The position numbers were made by a program, and so were the translations under genes. Positions 1 to 10,763 of a stretch of DNA of 64,000 nucleotides are shown in pieces. A model generated the notes under the pieces. That model was not told the origin of the DNA. It worked only from the letters and a program-made list of their open reading frames with translations, and ran no database searches. Source of the stretch: Lytechinus pictus (Eukaryota). The first letter of the stretch is position 1. Each line of letters opens with the position of its first letter. The DNA lies in contig NC_087252.1 in assembly GCF_037042905.1 (NCBI RefSeq), forward strand, positions 22,508,001-22,572,000, written 5' to 3'.

Positions 1-400
1 TTCTTCTTCCCCCCCCCCCCCTCTTATGCACCAGTTTATTAAGCCTTTCTTTGTAACCTGTTTGACCCACCTCTCACTAATTCTCTAGTTATTCATCCCT
101 CTATCACTGTTTTGTTCCAGATCCTGTTTGATGTTGCCTGCCTCATTATCTTAATCCCTCTTGGCCTTACTTACACTAACTTCCCTTTGTGTCTGCCTAC
201 TCCTTTTCTTTCATCCCCTTCACTAACCTGATTGGTCTTCTCTACTCACTAATGCCCCTTTTGTCTCCTTGTTTCTAGTGTTGCTGTAGCTTGTTTGTGG
301 TCTATATTATGGTTGTTCCACTTTATATGTTTGTCATTTTGCCTCCGACGAAGATTCTGCTAGGATCGAAAGCTTAGGCCCCTTTTTGACTTTATAATTT
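1..400 (+). mobile_element. Probable 3' end/pseudo-LTR of a Penelope-like retroelement (partial)
   Basis: CT-rich tract ending in the hammerhead motif, an arrangement typical of PLE ends. No RT or GIY-YIG coding sequence is present in the window. Confidence 0.4.
341..379 (+). ncRNA. Putative minimal type I hammerhead ribozyme, Penelope-like retroelement pLTR type
   Basis: GCCT-CCGACGA-A-GATTCT(gct)AGGATC-GAAA-GC-TT-AGGC. Stem I is GCCT/AGGC, the core is CYGANGA plus an extra A, stem II is 6 bp, then GAAA and a palindromic AAGCTT stem III. It is preceded by a pyrimidine-rich tract. Confidence 0.55.
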
Positions 401-1203
401 ATGTTCTACACAGAGTTTAGAAATTTTGACTAGAAAATTATTTATGCTTAATTTATATGAAATTTATTCATAGATCACAAAAAATGCTTCTATGTCATTT
501 CTTCATCAATTTCAATTCTATATCCTCAATTTATGTCACCAATGTAATTCACTACAGTGTCAACTGGGCTGAAATTAAAATTGTGTTAAATTTTGTGGCG
601 AGATGCCGGATGAGCTCCACATCGTTGATGTGCTACTTGGATTTCATATTCCTGCGTTTTACTCCTTATATACAATCTAAAATAATAAAAAGCAATTGCC
701 AGAGTTATTTAGTTATTTTATTATGTGCCCCACTGCCCCTTGTTCCAAGGGAAATGCATTATTCCAAGTGGATATTAGACAAAATTTATATAGCCTAATA
801 TAACTGGACATAAAACACAACAGATCGCAATTAGACTAAATGGTTGTAGACAATTTAGCATTAGACCGTTCATGAAAAGAAATGGAAAGACAACAATGTA
901 GACCAATAATTCATTGAAATTATTGCAGTCGATTAAATTTGGAAAGTGAAGTGGGGTCAGAAAAGAAATATTACTGGCATGTTCTTAATACAGAGATACC
1001 AGACTGTTGCTTGATCTCATGTAAATATCATAAGATTTTCCTTATCAGGCTTTTCAGCCTTTATAGTGTACAACACCTAAATACACTACTCAAAAAAAGT
1101 TAAGGACCACTTTTTAATGTGTGTATACAATTTTCAAACCGGGTGTTGTATTTCTAGAAATACCCGAATATGGCTGTCTTGAATCTCCTCAAATACCCTG
1201 TAA

Positions 1204-1705
1204 CAATTTCACACATGGGTGGTTTCAGTTGTTGCATGATGTCTCTCGCATTATTGCATATCCTGAAAAGTGGGCCCATTGTGAAGTGGTACAAATGTGG
1301 ATTCAAATGCATTTTCTGTCTTTAGTCTCTACAATCAACAAATTGCTGACAACAGCAATGCCAAGATACAGCTGTCCAGGATGCCATCAAACACAATGAA
1401 ATCAATTTCACACATGCAGTTCTTTCATGTCTCTTGCATCATTGCAATGTGCCCGTACAAAAGTGGCTTCCAAAGCATTTTCTGTCTTTAGTCTCTACAA
1501 TCAACAACTTGCTGACAATAGCAATGCCAAGATACAGCTGTCCAGAATGCCATCAAACACAATGACATCAATTTTACACATGCAGTTCTTTCATGATGTC
1601 TCTGGCATCATTGCAGTGGGCCATAAGACAAGTGTCTTCCAAAGCATTTTCCGTCTTTAGTCTGTACAATCAACAACTTGCCTACAACAGCAATGCCAAG
1701 ACACC
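1204..1705 (+). repeat. Three diverged ~166-169 bp tandem units in the Tc1 5' region
   Basis: GCAATGCCAAGA recurs with the ATG at 1358, 1524 and 1693. An AATTT(C/T)ACACATG...GCAT(C/T)ATTGCA block recurs at about 1205, 1405 and 1570. Confidence 0.9.
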
Positions 1706-2721
1706 ACCTAAGTGAAACAGATGTAGCCAGAGCCCTAGGGATGCTGGAAGCTGGCCTCAGTCAGCGAAGAGTAGCCAGAATGATGGGCGTGTCACACAGT
1801 GTCATTAGCAGAGCAAATCAAAGACACCGAGAGACAGGGCTATACTCCGAGAGACCCCGCAGTGGCCGACCAGTTTCGACAACCCCTAGAGATGATCGCT
1901 ACTTGACGAATCTCAGCCTCCGCAACCGCTTTCACAGTGCACGCCGCCTCAACAATGACTTCGCTGCAGCAACTGGAGTGATTGTTTCCACTCAAACAAT
2001 CCGTAACCGACTTCACAGAGCCAATATGCATGCCAGACGGCCAGCTCAGTGTGTCCCACTCACCCCTGCTCACAGAAGAATTCGTCTCAACTGGGCCCGG
2101 GAGCATGTCAGATGGACCAGACAGCAATGGCGTAGAGTTCTGTTCACAGATGAGAGCAGATTTTCCCTTGACCACAATGATGGACGTTCGAGAGTCTGGA
2201 GGCGACCAGGAGAGAGATTTGCAGACCCCTGTATTGCAGAACATGACCGTTATGGGGGAGGCAGCGTCATGGTGTGGGGAGGCATCACCTACGCCAACCG
2301 TACTCGTCTCTACGTGGTCCCAGGGGGAGCAATGACAGGAGTGAGGTACAGGGATGAGGTCCTTGAACCTATAGTGGTGCCATTTGCAGAAAATGTGGGA
2401 CAAAACATCATTTTCATGGATGACAATGCCCGTGCCCACCGAGCTAGGGTGGTGACCGAGTTCCTTGAGGGCCAGGGGATTGAGCGTATGGAGTGGCCAG
2501 CGAGGTCCCCGGACTTAAACCCGATAGAGCACGTCTGGGACATGATGGGGAGGAGTCTCGAGCAGCTCGAAGCCCATCCACTTGGACTGCAGCAGCTGGG
2601 TGTGGCTCTGGAGGCTGCATGGGATGCACTGGACGTCAGAGACATCAATCGCCTCATCAGCTCCATGAGACAGCGCTGTGAAGCCGTTATTGCTGCAGGA
2701 GGTGGTCACACTCGTTACTGA
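1693..2721 (+). CDS. Tc1-like transposase, 342 aa
   Basis: First ATG is at 1693 (the ORF track started at a TTG). N-terminal HTH domain, GRP linker, FTDESRF, VMVWGGI, MDDNARAH and SPDLNPIEHVW motifs, with exactly 34 residues between the second D and the E. Confidence 0.96.
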   Translation: MPRHHLSETDVARALGMLEAGLSQRRVARMMGVSHSVISRANQRHRETGLYSERPRSGRPVSTTPRDDRYLTNLSLRNRFHSARRLNNDFAAATGVIVSTQTIRNRLHRANMHARRPAQCVPLTPAHRRIRLNWAREHVRWTRQQWRRVLFTDESRFSLDHNDGRSRVWRRPGERFADPCIAEHDRYGGGSVMVWGGITYANRTRLYVVPGGAMTGVRYRDEVLEPIVVPFAENVGQNIIFMDDNARAHRARVVTEFLEGQGIERMEWPARSPDLNPIEHVWDMMGRSLEQLEAHPLGLQQLGVALEAAWDALDVRDINRLISSMRQRCEAVIAAGGGHTRY

Positions 2722-3029
2722 ACTGCCTGAAAGACACTCAGACATTCGTTTTTACCACTTCATGTCGGTAGCTGATACCCCTCGGGGCCCACTTTTCAGG
2801 ATGTGCAGTGATGCGAGAGACATTGTGCAACAACTGAAACCACCCATGCGTGAAATTGATTACAGCGTGTTTAAGGACATTTAGGACAGTTGTACTGAGG
2901 TATTTCCAGAAATAAAACACCTTGTATAAAATCTTTATGTACGTTTTAAAAAGTGGTCCTTAACTTTTTTTGAGTAGTGTATAACAAGAATAGATGGATC
3001 ATCAGCAGCGGTCATAACATTTCATGGAA

Positions 3030-3378
3030 TTAATCCTACTGGGTATCCATTCACCTTAACTTGGTCGAATGCAGCAGGGCAATTCCATAAAATGATCAAC
3101 CTTTTTGTACGTCCGACCCCCATTTTTCTCAAGTTTTACTTCACTTCATAACTGACCAAGTCATGGTCCTTTGAGAACTTACAGACTGTCGAAAGAACAA
3201 GAAATCAGAGACAGAAAATTACATGAAGGTTCCACATGTAGGGGGTTGACGTACATATTTTATGGAATTGCCCAGCACAGTGTGGATCAATTTGGAAATT
3301 ATGCCATGGCTGGAATTTGATCCCACGACCCTATGTTCTAGAGTCCGGAGACTAATCCACTAGGCCACAATACTCCAC
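3030..3378 (-). mobile_element. tRNA-derived SINE (degenerate), interrupted by a MITE
   Basis: The reverse complement matches the SINE at 40970 in the A/B-box head and the CCCAGGTG..AATGGGTACC core. Confidence 0.8.
3077..3273. mobile_element. MITE with 17 bp TIR and 4 bp TSD (Sola-like)
   Basis: GGGCAATTCCATAAAAT...ATTTTATGGAATTGCCC, flanked by AGCA on both sides. Removing it restores the SINE sequence TGCAGCACAGTGTGG. Confidence 0.8.
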
Positions 3379-3489
3379 TTGTATAGGTCTTTGGGACTAT
3401 CTGGCTTCCCTTTAGGCCATTGAGTAAAACCGACTGGCTTCCATGTCTTAATATGACCTTTTTCTTCTGTTAAATTTCTGTCATTCCAG

Positions 3490-3667
3490 AAAACTTCACT
3501 CCCTCACTTCTCCATCAAAGGGAGACTCGACTCAGCGAGCTGCTGCATCAAGAACCCTCTCACGGGTCATGTGATCATCGAGCAGTGTAACGCACCAATC
3601 AAATCTGTGGAAATCCAGCTGGTCAGAGTGGAAACGTGTGGGTGTGCCGAGGGCTACGCAAGGGATG
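3490..3667 (+). CDS. VPS26C: VPS26C/DSCR3 (Retriever complex subunit), internal coding exon
   Basis: ag|...|gtaag. Encodes KTSLPHFSIKGRLDSASCCIKNPLTGHVIIEQCNAPIKSVEIQLVRVETCGCAEGYARD, containing the DSCR3 signature QLVRVETCGCAEGYARD. Upstream exons were not found in the window. Confidence 0.95.
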
Positions 3668-3708
3668 GTAAGCCTACTCGCTTTCATAACCTAATTAACG
3701 TTTAATAT

Positions 3709-5054
3709 CTAAACTGGGTTCCAAAAGAAACTTATCGAACTTCATAAGCGCACTACACAAATTCCACCCAGTCAAAATGAGCAAAATTTTGACACAGACT
3801 AGCTTCAATAATCTTTACTAAGCACATGTCAATAATTAAGAGATTAGTTGAATCACAGAGAGGCTGTAGCCCCTCAAAGCAATTGGTTCCGGAATCCTAA
3901 GTCACAAAATGGCAAATGAAAATGAGATGGGATTGAACAAACTTACCAGTTTATCAAAGTTCACAGTATGATCTTTGACATGTTTAATTGATTGCCTCAA
4001 TAAGTAAGAAGTTACAGGAACTTAAAATTAAAATTTTGAACACACCTATTAAGGTCAAAGAAGCATAATGCATGAAGGGGACTCAATAGCAGTCAAGCAA
4101 AGAATGACCATTTGGTTTAATCCCATTTCATTTTCATTGGTCTTTCTTCTGCCATTTTGTGACTTTGTGCGCTTGTTAACCCTCAATCTCCCGGGGTATT
4201 CTGATTCTTGTCATTCCCGGGGGGGGGGGGGGGGGGGGCATAATAATAATAATAATAGTACATTTCTTAAAAACGCATAACACCTACAGGTCTCTATGCG
4301 CCATTATGGCCCCCCCTTAAGATCTCAGCCGTGGATTGCGCGATCACAACGAAAATTTGCATGATGGTAGAGAATGACGTAATCTACGCAGTTGCATTGG
4401 TAAATTTCACTGAATTCATATATTTTTATTTTATATGAATTAATTATGCTAATTTATTCATGAAATCATACTTTTTGCTCTGATTCACTAAATAAAGCTC
4501 CTAGAATGCTATTTTTTGGTGAAAAATTCTTTATAGCATTCCTAACAATTGTGAATGAAAAAAATTCTGGTACCAAGACCGATTTCTTATGTATTTTATT
4601 GTTTTTTAAATTTCTTATGTATTTCCTTGTTTTTTTACTTTTTGTTTTTTATTGTTTTTTCAATGGAAATCGTTCCAGACTTAATTCTAATCATAAACAA
4701 GGCAAAATTAATTAAGTTTGATCATTAAAAGTAGAAATAATGATACATTTATGAATTTTGGCCAAATACACAATTTGCATTGGATTTGTACATGAAATCA
4801 AGTTTATGAGCAATTTTGGGTCTGACATGCACTTACATAATGTTGCGTAATGTCGTAACCGCGTACCCGGGCGTCACAAATTTGGTCTCAAAATTTGCGC
4901 GAGACTTGAAAGTAAAAAGTCAGTGAGCGGCATGGTCAAAAAATATTGCGCAGCAGATATATCGCAAAAATTGTCGAGGGGGGGGGCCATAATGGCCCTC
5001 CCCCCGGCAGAATTAGGGTTAAGTTTGATAGGTTTCTTTTGAAACGCAGTTTAT
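3709..5054. mobile_element. Non-autonomous TIR element (Tc1/mariner-like), carrying a nested piggyBac-like insertion
   Basis: Left end CTAAACTGGGTTCCAAAAGAAACTTATC and an inverted right end at about 5022-5054. A second copy of the family lies at 63388-63790. Confidence 0.7.
4180..5018. mobile_element. piggyBac-like non-autonomous element
   Basis: TTAA TSDs at 4176-4179 and 5019-5022, with CCCT...AGGG termini. Confidence 0.85.
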
Positions 5055-5156
5055 ATAGTTTATATATATATATATATATATAACAATATTCCTGAGAATT
5101 TTTTTCCCCTCTTTCTTATACATTTAATGTCTCTCATATTATACCCTACTCTTTAA

Positions 5157-5872
5157 TCCTAACTTACCTGGGCTATTTTGCGAGGTTTAAGTCCTGGGGG
5201 TGGGGCTTTAGGCCCCCTCTCCTAAGATCCCAGCCCCGGATCGCGCAATCGAGACAAAAATTTGCACAAAGATAGAGAATGACATAATCTACAACGTTTC
5301 ACAGGTAAATTGCTCTAAATTCATATTATATGAATTAATTATTCTAATTTATTCATGAAATCATACTTTTTGCTCCAATTCACTAAATAAATCTGGAAAG
5401 CTAATTTGTAATTAAAATATTCTGTATGGTATTCTTAACAACTGTAAAATGATCCAGTACCAAAATCAATTTCTTATGTATTTTATTGTTTTTTTAATTT
5501 CACATGTATTTCCTTGTTTTTAATCTTTTTATTTTTATTCTTTTTTTTTCGACAAAATTCATTGGGGATATTATTTCAGTCATAAATAGCATCAAATTAA
5601 ATTAATGATGTGAACAAATGTGCGAAAAATCACTCATTTATGAATTTTAGATGAAACAGATTTTGCATTGACTTTGTACATGATATATATGTTTTTTCGA
5701 TCAACTTTATTCAGACATGCACTTACATAATGTTGCGTAATTTTGTAACGGCATGTCCGGGCATCACAACCTTGGTTTCGAAAGTTGCACAAGACTCAAG
5801 TAAAAAGTTGGCGGATATATCGTGGAAAATGTTGAGGGGGGGCTGAAAAGGCCCCTCCCCAAGTAAGTTGGG
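5157..5872. mobile_element. Second, diverged piggyBac-like element of the same family
   Basis: TTAA at 5153-5156 and 5873-5876. Long internal similarity to 4180-5018. A third, decayed copy lies at about 44490-44960. Confidence 0.8.
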
Positions 5873-6066
5873 TTAACCAAGCTCAATATGTAATGAAAAT
5901 TGATTGATTCATTTGCATTATCTTTCGCTTGTCTTCAAAATATTCAAATTCTGCCCCCCCCCCCCTTCCCCATGTAATTTCTATTAAGTTTTTCAGCCAT
6001 TTTCACATTCCTGGCATCAGGAAATTGTATACCTTAAGCATTCTTTTTTTCATTTTGATTCTGTAG

Positions 6067-6192
6067 CCACAGAGATTCAGAACATCCAGATCGGTGAAGG
6101 CAACATCTGCAGAGGTCTGACGATACCAATGTACATGGTCTTTCCCCGTCTTTTCACGTGCCCTACGTTAGCCACTAGTAACTTCAAAGTTG
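6067..6192 (+). CDS. VPS26C: VPS26C/DSCR3 penultimate coding exon
   Basis: ag|...|gtaag, phase 1/1. Encodes ATEIQNIQIGEGNICRGLTIPMYMVFPRLFTCPTLATSNFKV. Confidence 0.96.
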
Positions 6193-6732
6193 GTAAGTTT
6201 ACCGTCATTGAATCATTGAAGTTTTTCATTCTGTAAACGATCAAATTATTACCCAATGCACATGGTTTTTTCCTTGCCTCTTCACATGCCATACGTTAGC
6301 CACTAGTAATTTGAAAGTTAGTAAGTTTGCAATAAATGATGACAAGTATGAAAGGAACCAACGATGCAGGGTCTGCAAAACCGGGGGGGGGGGGGGGGGG
6401 GGGTTGTAGGGCTGCCCCCACTATTGTTTATAAATGTGCACAAAAATGTAAAAGTAACCATCTGATTGTGATTTTCTATATGGTCAGCCCCCCCCCCCCC
6501 ACTACTTTCAAAATGTTTCACGGCTCCTGTAATGGAGCCTCCACTTTTGTCTGTATGTTTGCTTAACAGCAGGTTAAACTGTTTCTATTCCAAGGGCTTA
6601 TAAAAACTTTTGATTGCCTATAAATTAGGCTTATAGGGCAAACAAACATCACACAATTGTGAAGTCACATGCTTGATGCCCAGTAACAGTGCTTCACAGC
6701 CAATCAGAGTCAAGGAAAGATGTCAGAACTAA

Positions 6733-7144
6733 AGGCCACCGCACACCTTACGACTGTTCACGATTCAATTTTGGAACAAATCGTACCTTGCTCATTTTCT
6801 GAAAATGTGAATGGAACATATCATTATATTTGAGGTTAAAATTGATTGAAAGTATACTAATATAACCATTTTGAAAAATTGCAAACCTTTATTTTGGAGT
6901 AAAGACCAAATTAGTTTCAAATTGTAGCCAATCGTACAACTGCTATGACGTCATTACGACTAGATATTAAATTTGCTTTTATTCTGAGAAGGATGATAGC
7001 ATAGTCACAGATTTGAACATAGGTATTTGTACGATGATTTCGAACATTACACAGTAAGATATTCCAAGTCTCAATATTAGCATCAAATTCTACATTTTAT
7101 TCTGAAATAGGGTCGCAGACCAATCGTAAGGTGTGCGGTCGCCT
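6733..7144 (+). mobile_element. PIF/Harbinger-like MITE
   Basis: AGGCCACCGCACACCTTACGA...CGTAAGGTGTGCGGTCGCCT, with TAA TSDs. Confidence 0.85.
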
Positions 7145-7208
7145 TAACAACTTGTCTGACAAAAATTTTGATGAAATGCTCCCCAGCAGTCAAAAGGGGG
7201 AAAATGAC

Positions 7209-7480
7209 AGAGCCGCTCTCTACAATGCACCAATTCCTTTGAAAATGTAAGTCAAATCACAATAGAGAGCTGAGAGGCTTTTGTCGAAAGTTGGTGGACC
7301 GGGACAGCATCGGAATCTCTTGACTCTGGACAACGACATGTTCGCAATTGTTCGTCCGGTGCAAGTCTTTGGATGATCACCTGTCCCTGTCCACCAACTT
7401 TCGACAAAAGCCTCTCAAGCTCTCCATTGTGATTTGATTTGCATTTTCAAAGGCATCGGTGCGTTGTAGAGAGCGGCTCT
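7209..7480. repeat. Palindromic MITE-like element with ~100 bp inverted arms
   Basis: AGAGCCGCTCTCTACAA...GGGACAG and CTGTCCC...TTGTAGAGAGCGGCTCT. No TSD recognised. Confidence 0.85.
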
Positions 7481-7740
7481 ATAGTAAATGCGAAAACTTT
7501 CTAATGTGAATACCAGGAGAAATAGATTTAGATCATAAAAATTAATCTTGATAATTTCATCATAATTTGTTGCCTTTGATTAGTTATATTAGGCTCAAAT
7601 ATTTTGTTTTCATTTTGTCAACCAATGCTTTGTTTGCATTTACTTAAACTGAAATCGTGATTATGGATGCTGCCCCGGAAACTGAATGCATAACCAATCA
7701 TTACCCGAGATGTTTTCCTCTTTCTTTATCCTTTCTGCAG

Positions 7741-7823
7741 AGTTTGAGATCAACCTTGTAGTGGTCCTGCACGATGATCACCTGATAACAGAAAACTTTC
7801 CCATCGTTCTGACAAGATTTTGA
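7741..7823 (+). CDS. VPS26C: VPS26C/DSCR3 last coding exon
   Basis: Polypyrimidine tract plus cag acceptor. Encodes EFEINLVVVLHDDHLITENFPIVLTRF* with TGA at 7821-7823. Confidence 0.95.
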
Positions 7824-7908
7824 GATACAGCAAAAACACCAACTTCAAAGCAACTTCTATACAGACAACAAATACCAAAATCATTCAATGTATGATTATG
7901 TTATTTAA

Positions 7909-8097
7909 GGCCTTGTCATACACGTTGCGTGCAGTCACCCTCAACAGGTTTTGAGCATGTTCGAAACTTTTCTGCTTGCAAATCAGACTGGTGTGCGCTC
8001 CTGCTGGCAACTGCGTGCGAGATATGTCAATGCGGGCGACCTGCGGGTAGCAAAAGTAGTCACCCGCAAGGCTTGCACGGAACGATGTGACAGGGCC
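7909..8097. mobile_element. Small degenerate Harbinger-like MITE in the VPS26C 3' region
   Basis: Imperfect TIRs GGCCTTGTCATAC / GATGTGACAGGGCC. Confidence 0.5.
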
Positions 8098-8100
8098 ATA

Positions 8101-8515
8101 AGGCGACCGCACACCTTACGATTGGTCTGCGACCCGATTTCAGAATAAAATGTATTCGAAGTTGATGCTAATATTGAGACTTGGAATATCTTACTGTGTA
8201 ATGTTCTAAATCATCGTACGAATACCTATGTTCAAATCTGTGACTATGCTATCATCCTTCTTAGAATAAAAGCGAATTTAATATCTAGTTGTAATGACGT
8301 CATAGCAGTCGTACGATTGGCTACGTTTTGAAACTAATTTGGCCTTTACTCTGAAATAAAGGCTTGCAATCTTTCAAAATGGTTATATTAGTATTCTTTC
8401 AATTAATATAAACCTCAAATAGAATGATATGTTCCATTCACATTTTCAGAAAATGAGCAAAATGCGATTTGTTCCAAAATTGGATCGCGAACCGTCGTAA
8501 GGTGTGCGGTGGCCT
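8101..8515 (-). mobile_element. Inverted second copy of the Harbinger-like MITE at 6733-7144
   Basis: Reverse-complement similarity to 6733-7144 over its whole length. Confidence 0.88.
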
Positions 8516-8588
8516 TTAAACTTAAAGCCTTATACCTTGCAGTTATCCATTCATCTTCTAGATGAAGAAACTACAACTGAATATAGGG

Positions 8589-8804
8589 CAGGGGCGGATC
8601 CAGGATTTTCCAAAGGGGGGGGGTACATTTTCCCCGGATGAAAATTTGACAATCCCCCAAAAAAGTCCTCAATTTCAAAGTGGGGGAGGGGGGGGCACAC
8701 TTCGGTAAAAACGGCATATTTACATTAAAATTGGTATTATGGCTCTCAAAAGGGGAGGGGGGCACAGGCCAGATGTCCCCCCCCCCCCTGGAGATCGGCC
8801 ACTG
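8589..8804. mobile_element. hAT-like MITE
   Basis: CAGGGGCGGATC...GATCGGCCACTG, with an 8 bp TSD ATATAGGG/ATAAAGGG (one mismatch). Confidence 0.7.
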
Positions 8805-9390
8805 ATAAAGGGGTGTGATATAAATGACTTGAATATACTCCCTTTACATGGTAACTCTTCATAGACATAATTCTGAGAACTTTGTACTCATATTGGTGAC
8901 CTTAAACTTTTATGGCAAGTGAATTAGGATTTACTGACACAAGGCAACCACTGGAAATCCCTGTATAATAATTCCATCTTTGAATCTTAGCCACTCTATC
9001 CCATATATCCAACTTCAGACTTCCTAGCAGGGATGGCCTTGAGGTCTAATTTTGCCAGCCTTGGCCTCTGTCGGAGTCACATGTACAAAGGCTATGGAAG
9101 AAGGTTTTCCTTGTGACTCACAAGTATTGGCTTTGACTTCATCCCTGCTTTCTAGTCTCATTTTCGGACAATATTGGAGTGTTCACTTGGTCTACTAGCA
9201 GATGGTTGAATGTCTCAGATCAGCTAGATCATCATGGCTAAACCCACTTCAGTTTGGTTTAAAAACCATAATTACTATCTAGTCCAAACATTAGATGGCC
9301 TTAATGGCTTTTAGTCAAATGCCAAGGTGGTTTAATTTCCACTTCATTTTACTTATTATTTTCCACTTTGTCAGATAAAATCTTTTTATC

Positions 9391-9396
9391 AATAAA
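9391..9396 (+). promoter_or_regulatory. Candidate VPS26C polyadenylation signal (another AATAAA at 9901)
   Basis: AATAAA downstream of the stop codon and outside recognised repeats. Confidence 0.3.
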
Positions 9397-10299
9397 CAGA
9401 TCATCTAATCATACACATACAGGTGTAAGACCTTGTGCATATTAGACAAAATGTTTACAGCCTAAATAGAAAATAGACAAAATGGTAAATGGGCTCAATG
9501 GAAGTTAGACCAAATGGTTTGTAGGATTTTGGGGATTTAATTTCAACTGAGCACCTGATGATATATCAATGATATGAAGACATGCCATTATATAGCAACT
9601 CTATATTTCATTTAATTGATCATGAAGTCAAGAAATTGTATTAATTCAAAAGCATTCGGTAATCATTCTTTTATGAATTACATGGCTTATAAATTATGCA
9701 GTAACACTATGTCATACCTGCTAAATGTTCCTTTTAAATAGGAATATTTCTAATTCTTGAAATGAAATTTGCTGTTTTAACATGTGTGATCCTATTTTTG
9801 AGGAAATCTCTCCGCAATTTGTTCCTGTTTCTTGGCTGTCGGGATTGGCAGGTATGCTGTGTCTTTGGAAATCCTGAACAGTGTCCATGGACTTGTGGGA
9901 AATAAAAAGCCTAGTATAAAGACAGATAGAGCCACTATGACTGATTAACTAAGACTAAGTTAAATAATTGGTCATAGTGGCTGACCATTTAGATGACAAC
10001 AATTACTCTGGGGTCTTTTCATATTAAAGTTAAAATAGGCGAGTGGGGATTAGAACTCACAACCACACCCTAAACCAAGCAACCCCTGCTCTTTTGGGGG
10101 TGGGGAAGGGTGGAAGCAGTGTAATATGAAGATTTGATTTGGAAAGAATTATATTTGTTTTGTAATGAAATTATTACATGTAATGTATATTCCATTTTGT
10201 ATAAAGAAAGAATATATCATTTTCATTATTCAAAATGCTTTGTCTTACTAGTATTTCATTGGTATACATGATGTGTATGAGGGAAACGATGATGATAAT

Positions 10300-10590
10300 C
10301 ATTGGCAGAAAGAGGAGTAGAAGAGGAAGAGGTGAAAAGACAGAAAGAGAGAGAATAGAAAGAGGCAGAAAAATGGCAAAGAAGAAGCAGAATAAAAAGG
10401 AAATGAGAAGATGAAGGGAAAGGAGGAGAAAGAGAAGAAAGAAGAAGCGGAAGAAGAGGAAATAAACAAGGAAAAAGAGAAAGATGAGTTGGAAGAAATG
10501 AGGAGATGATGAAGATGAAGGAGGAAGAAAGGAGATAGAGGAGGAAAAGGAGGAAGATGAGTTCGAGGATGAAATGGAGAAGGAGTCGAT
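10300..10590 (+). repeat. Purine-rich (GAA/GAG) low-complexity tract
   Basis: Direct inspection. Confidence 0.85.
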
Positions 10591-10667
10591 TATGTTAAAA
10601 TTTCGTTTGCAATTTGTTACATGGAACATACATGTAAATTTTTAAGATATGTAAATTTTATAATAAG

Positions 10668-10763
10668 GGGCCTGTTGCATAAAAGAAAAACTATGGCATT
10701 TTTTTGCCATAATTTTTGTTTATTTGCCAGTTTTTTATGGAAACAGTTTTATGCAACAGGCCC
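10668..10763. mobile_element. Tiny MITE with 17 bp TIR
   Basis: GGGCCTGTTGCATAAAA...TTTTATGCAACAGGCCC. Confidence 0.65.

Larger units (their letters stand above)
1084..2979 (+). mobile_element. Full-length Tc1-family (DD34E) DNA transposon
   Basis: TA TSDs at 1082-1083 and 2980-2981. Perfect 34 bp outer TIR CACTACTCAAAAAAAGTTAAGGACCACTTTTTAA extends into about 210 bp of imperfect inverted repeat. Intact transposase ORF inside. Confidence 0.97.

Noticed and set aside
457..798. 113 aa ORF
   Set aside because: AT-rich, with no motif or splice support. Likely intronic noise.
1840..2745. Antisense and alternate-frame ORFs over the transposase
   Set aside because: Shadow ORFs of a GC-rich coding sequence with no recognisable motifs.
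10174..10629. 151 aa hydrophobic membrane-protein-like ORF
   Set aside because: It is the reverse translation of a GA-rich low-complexity tract.
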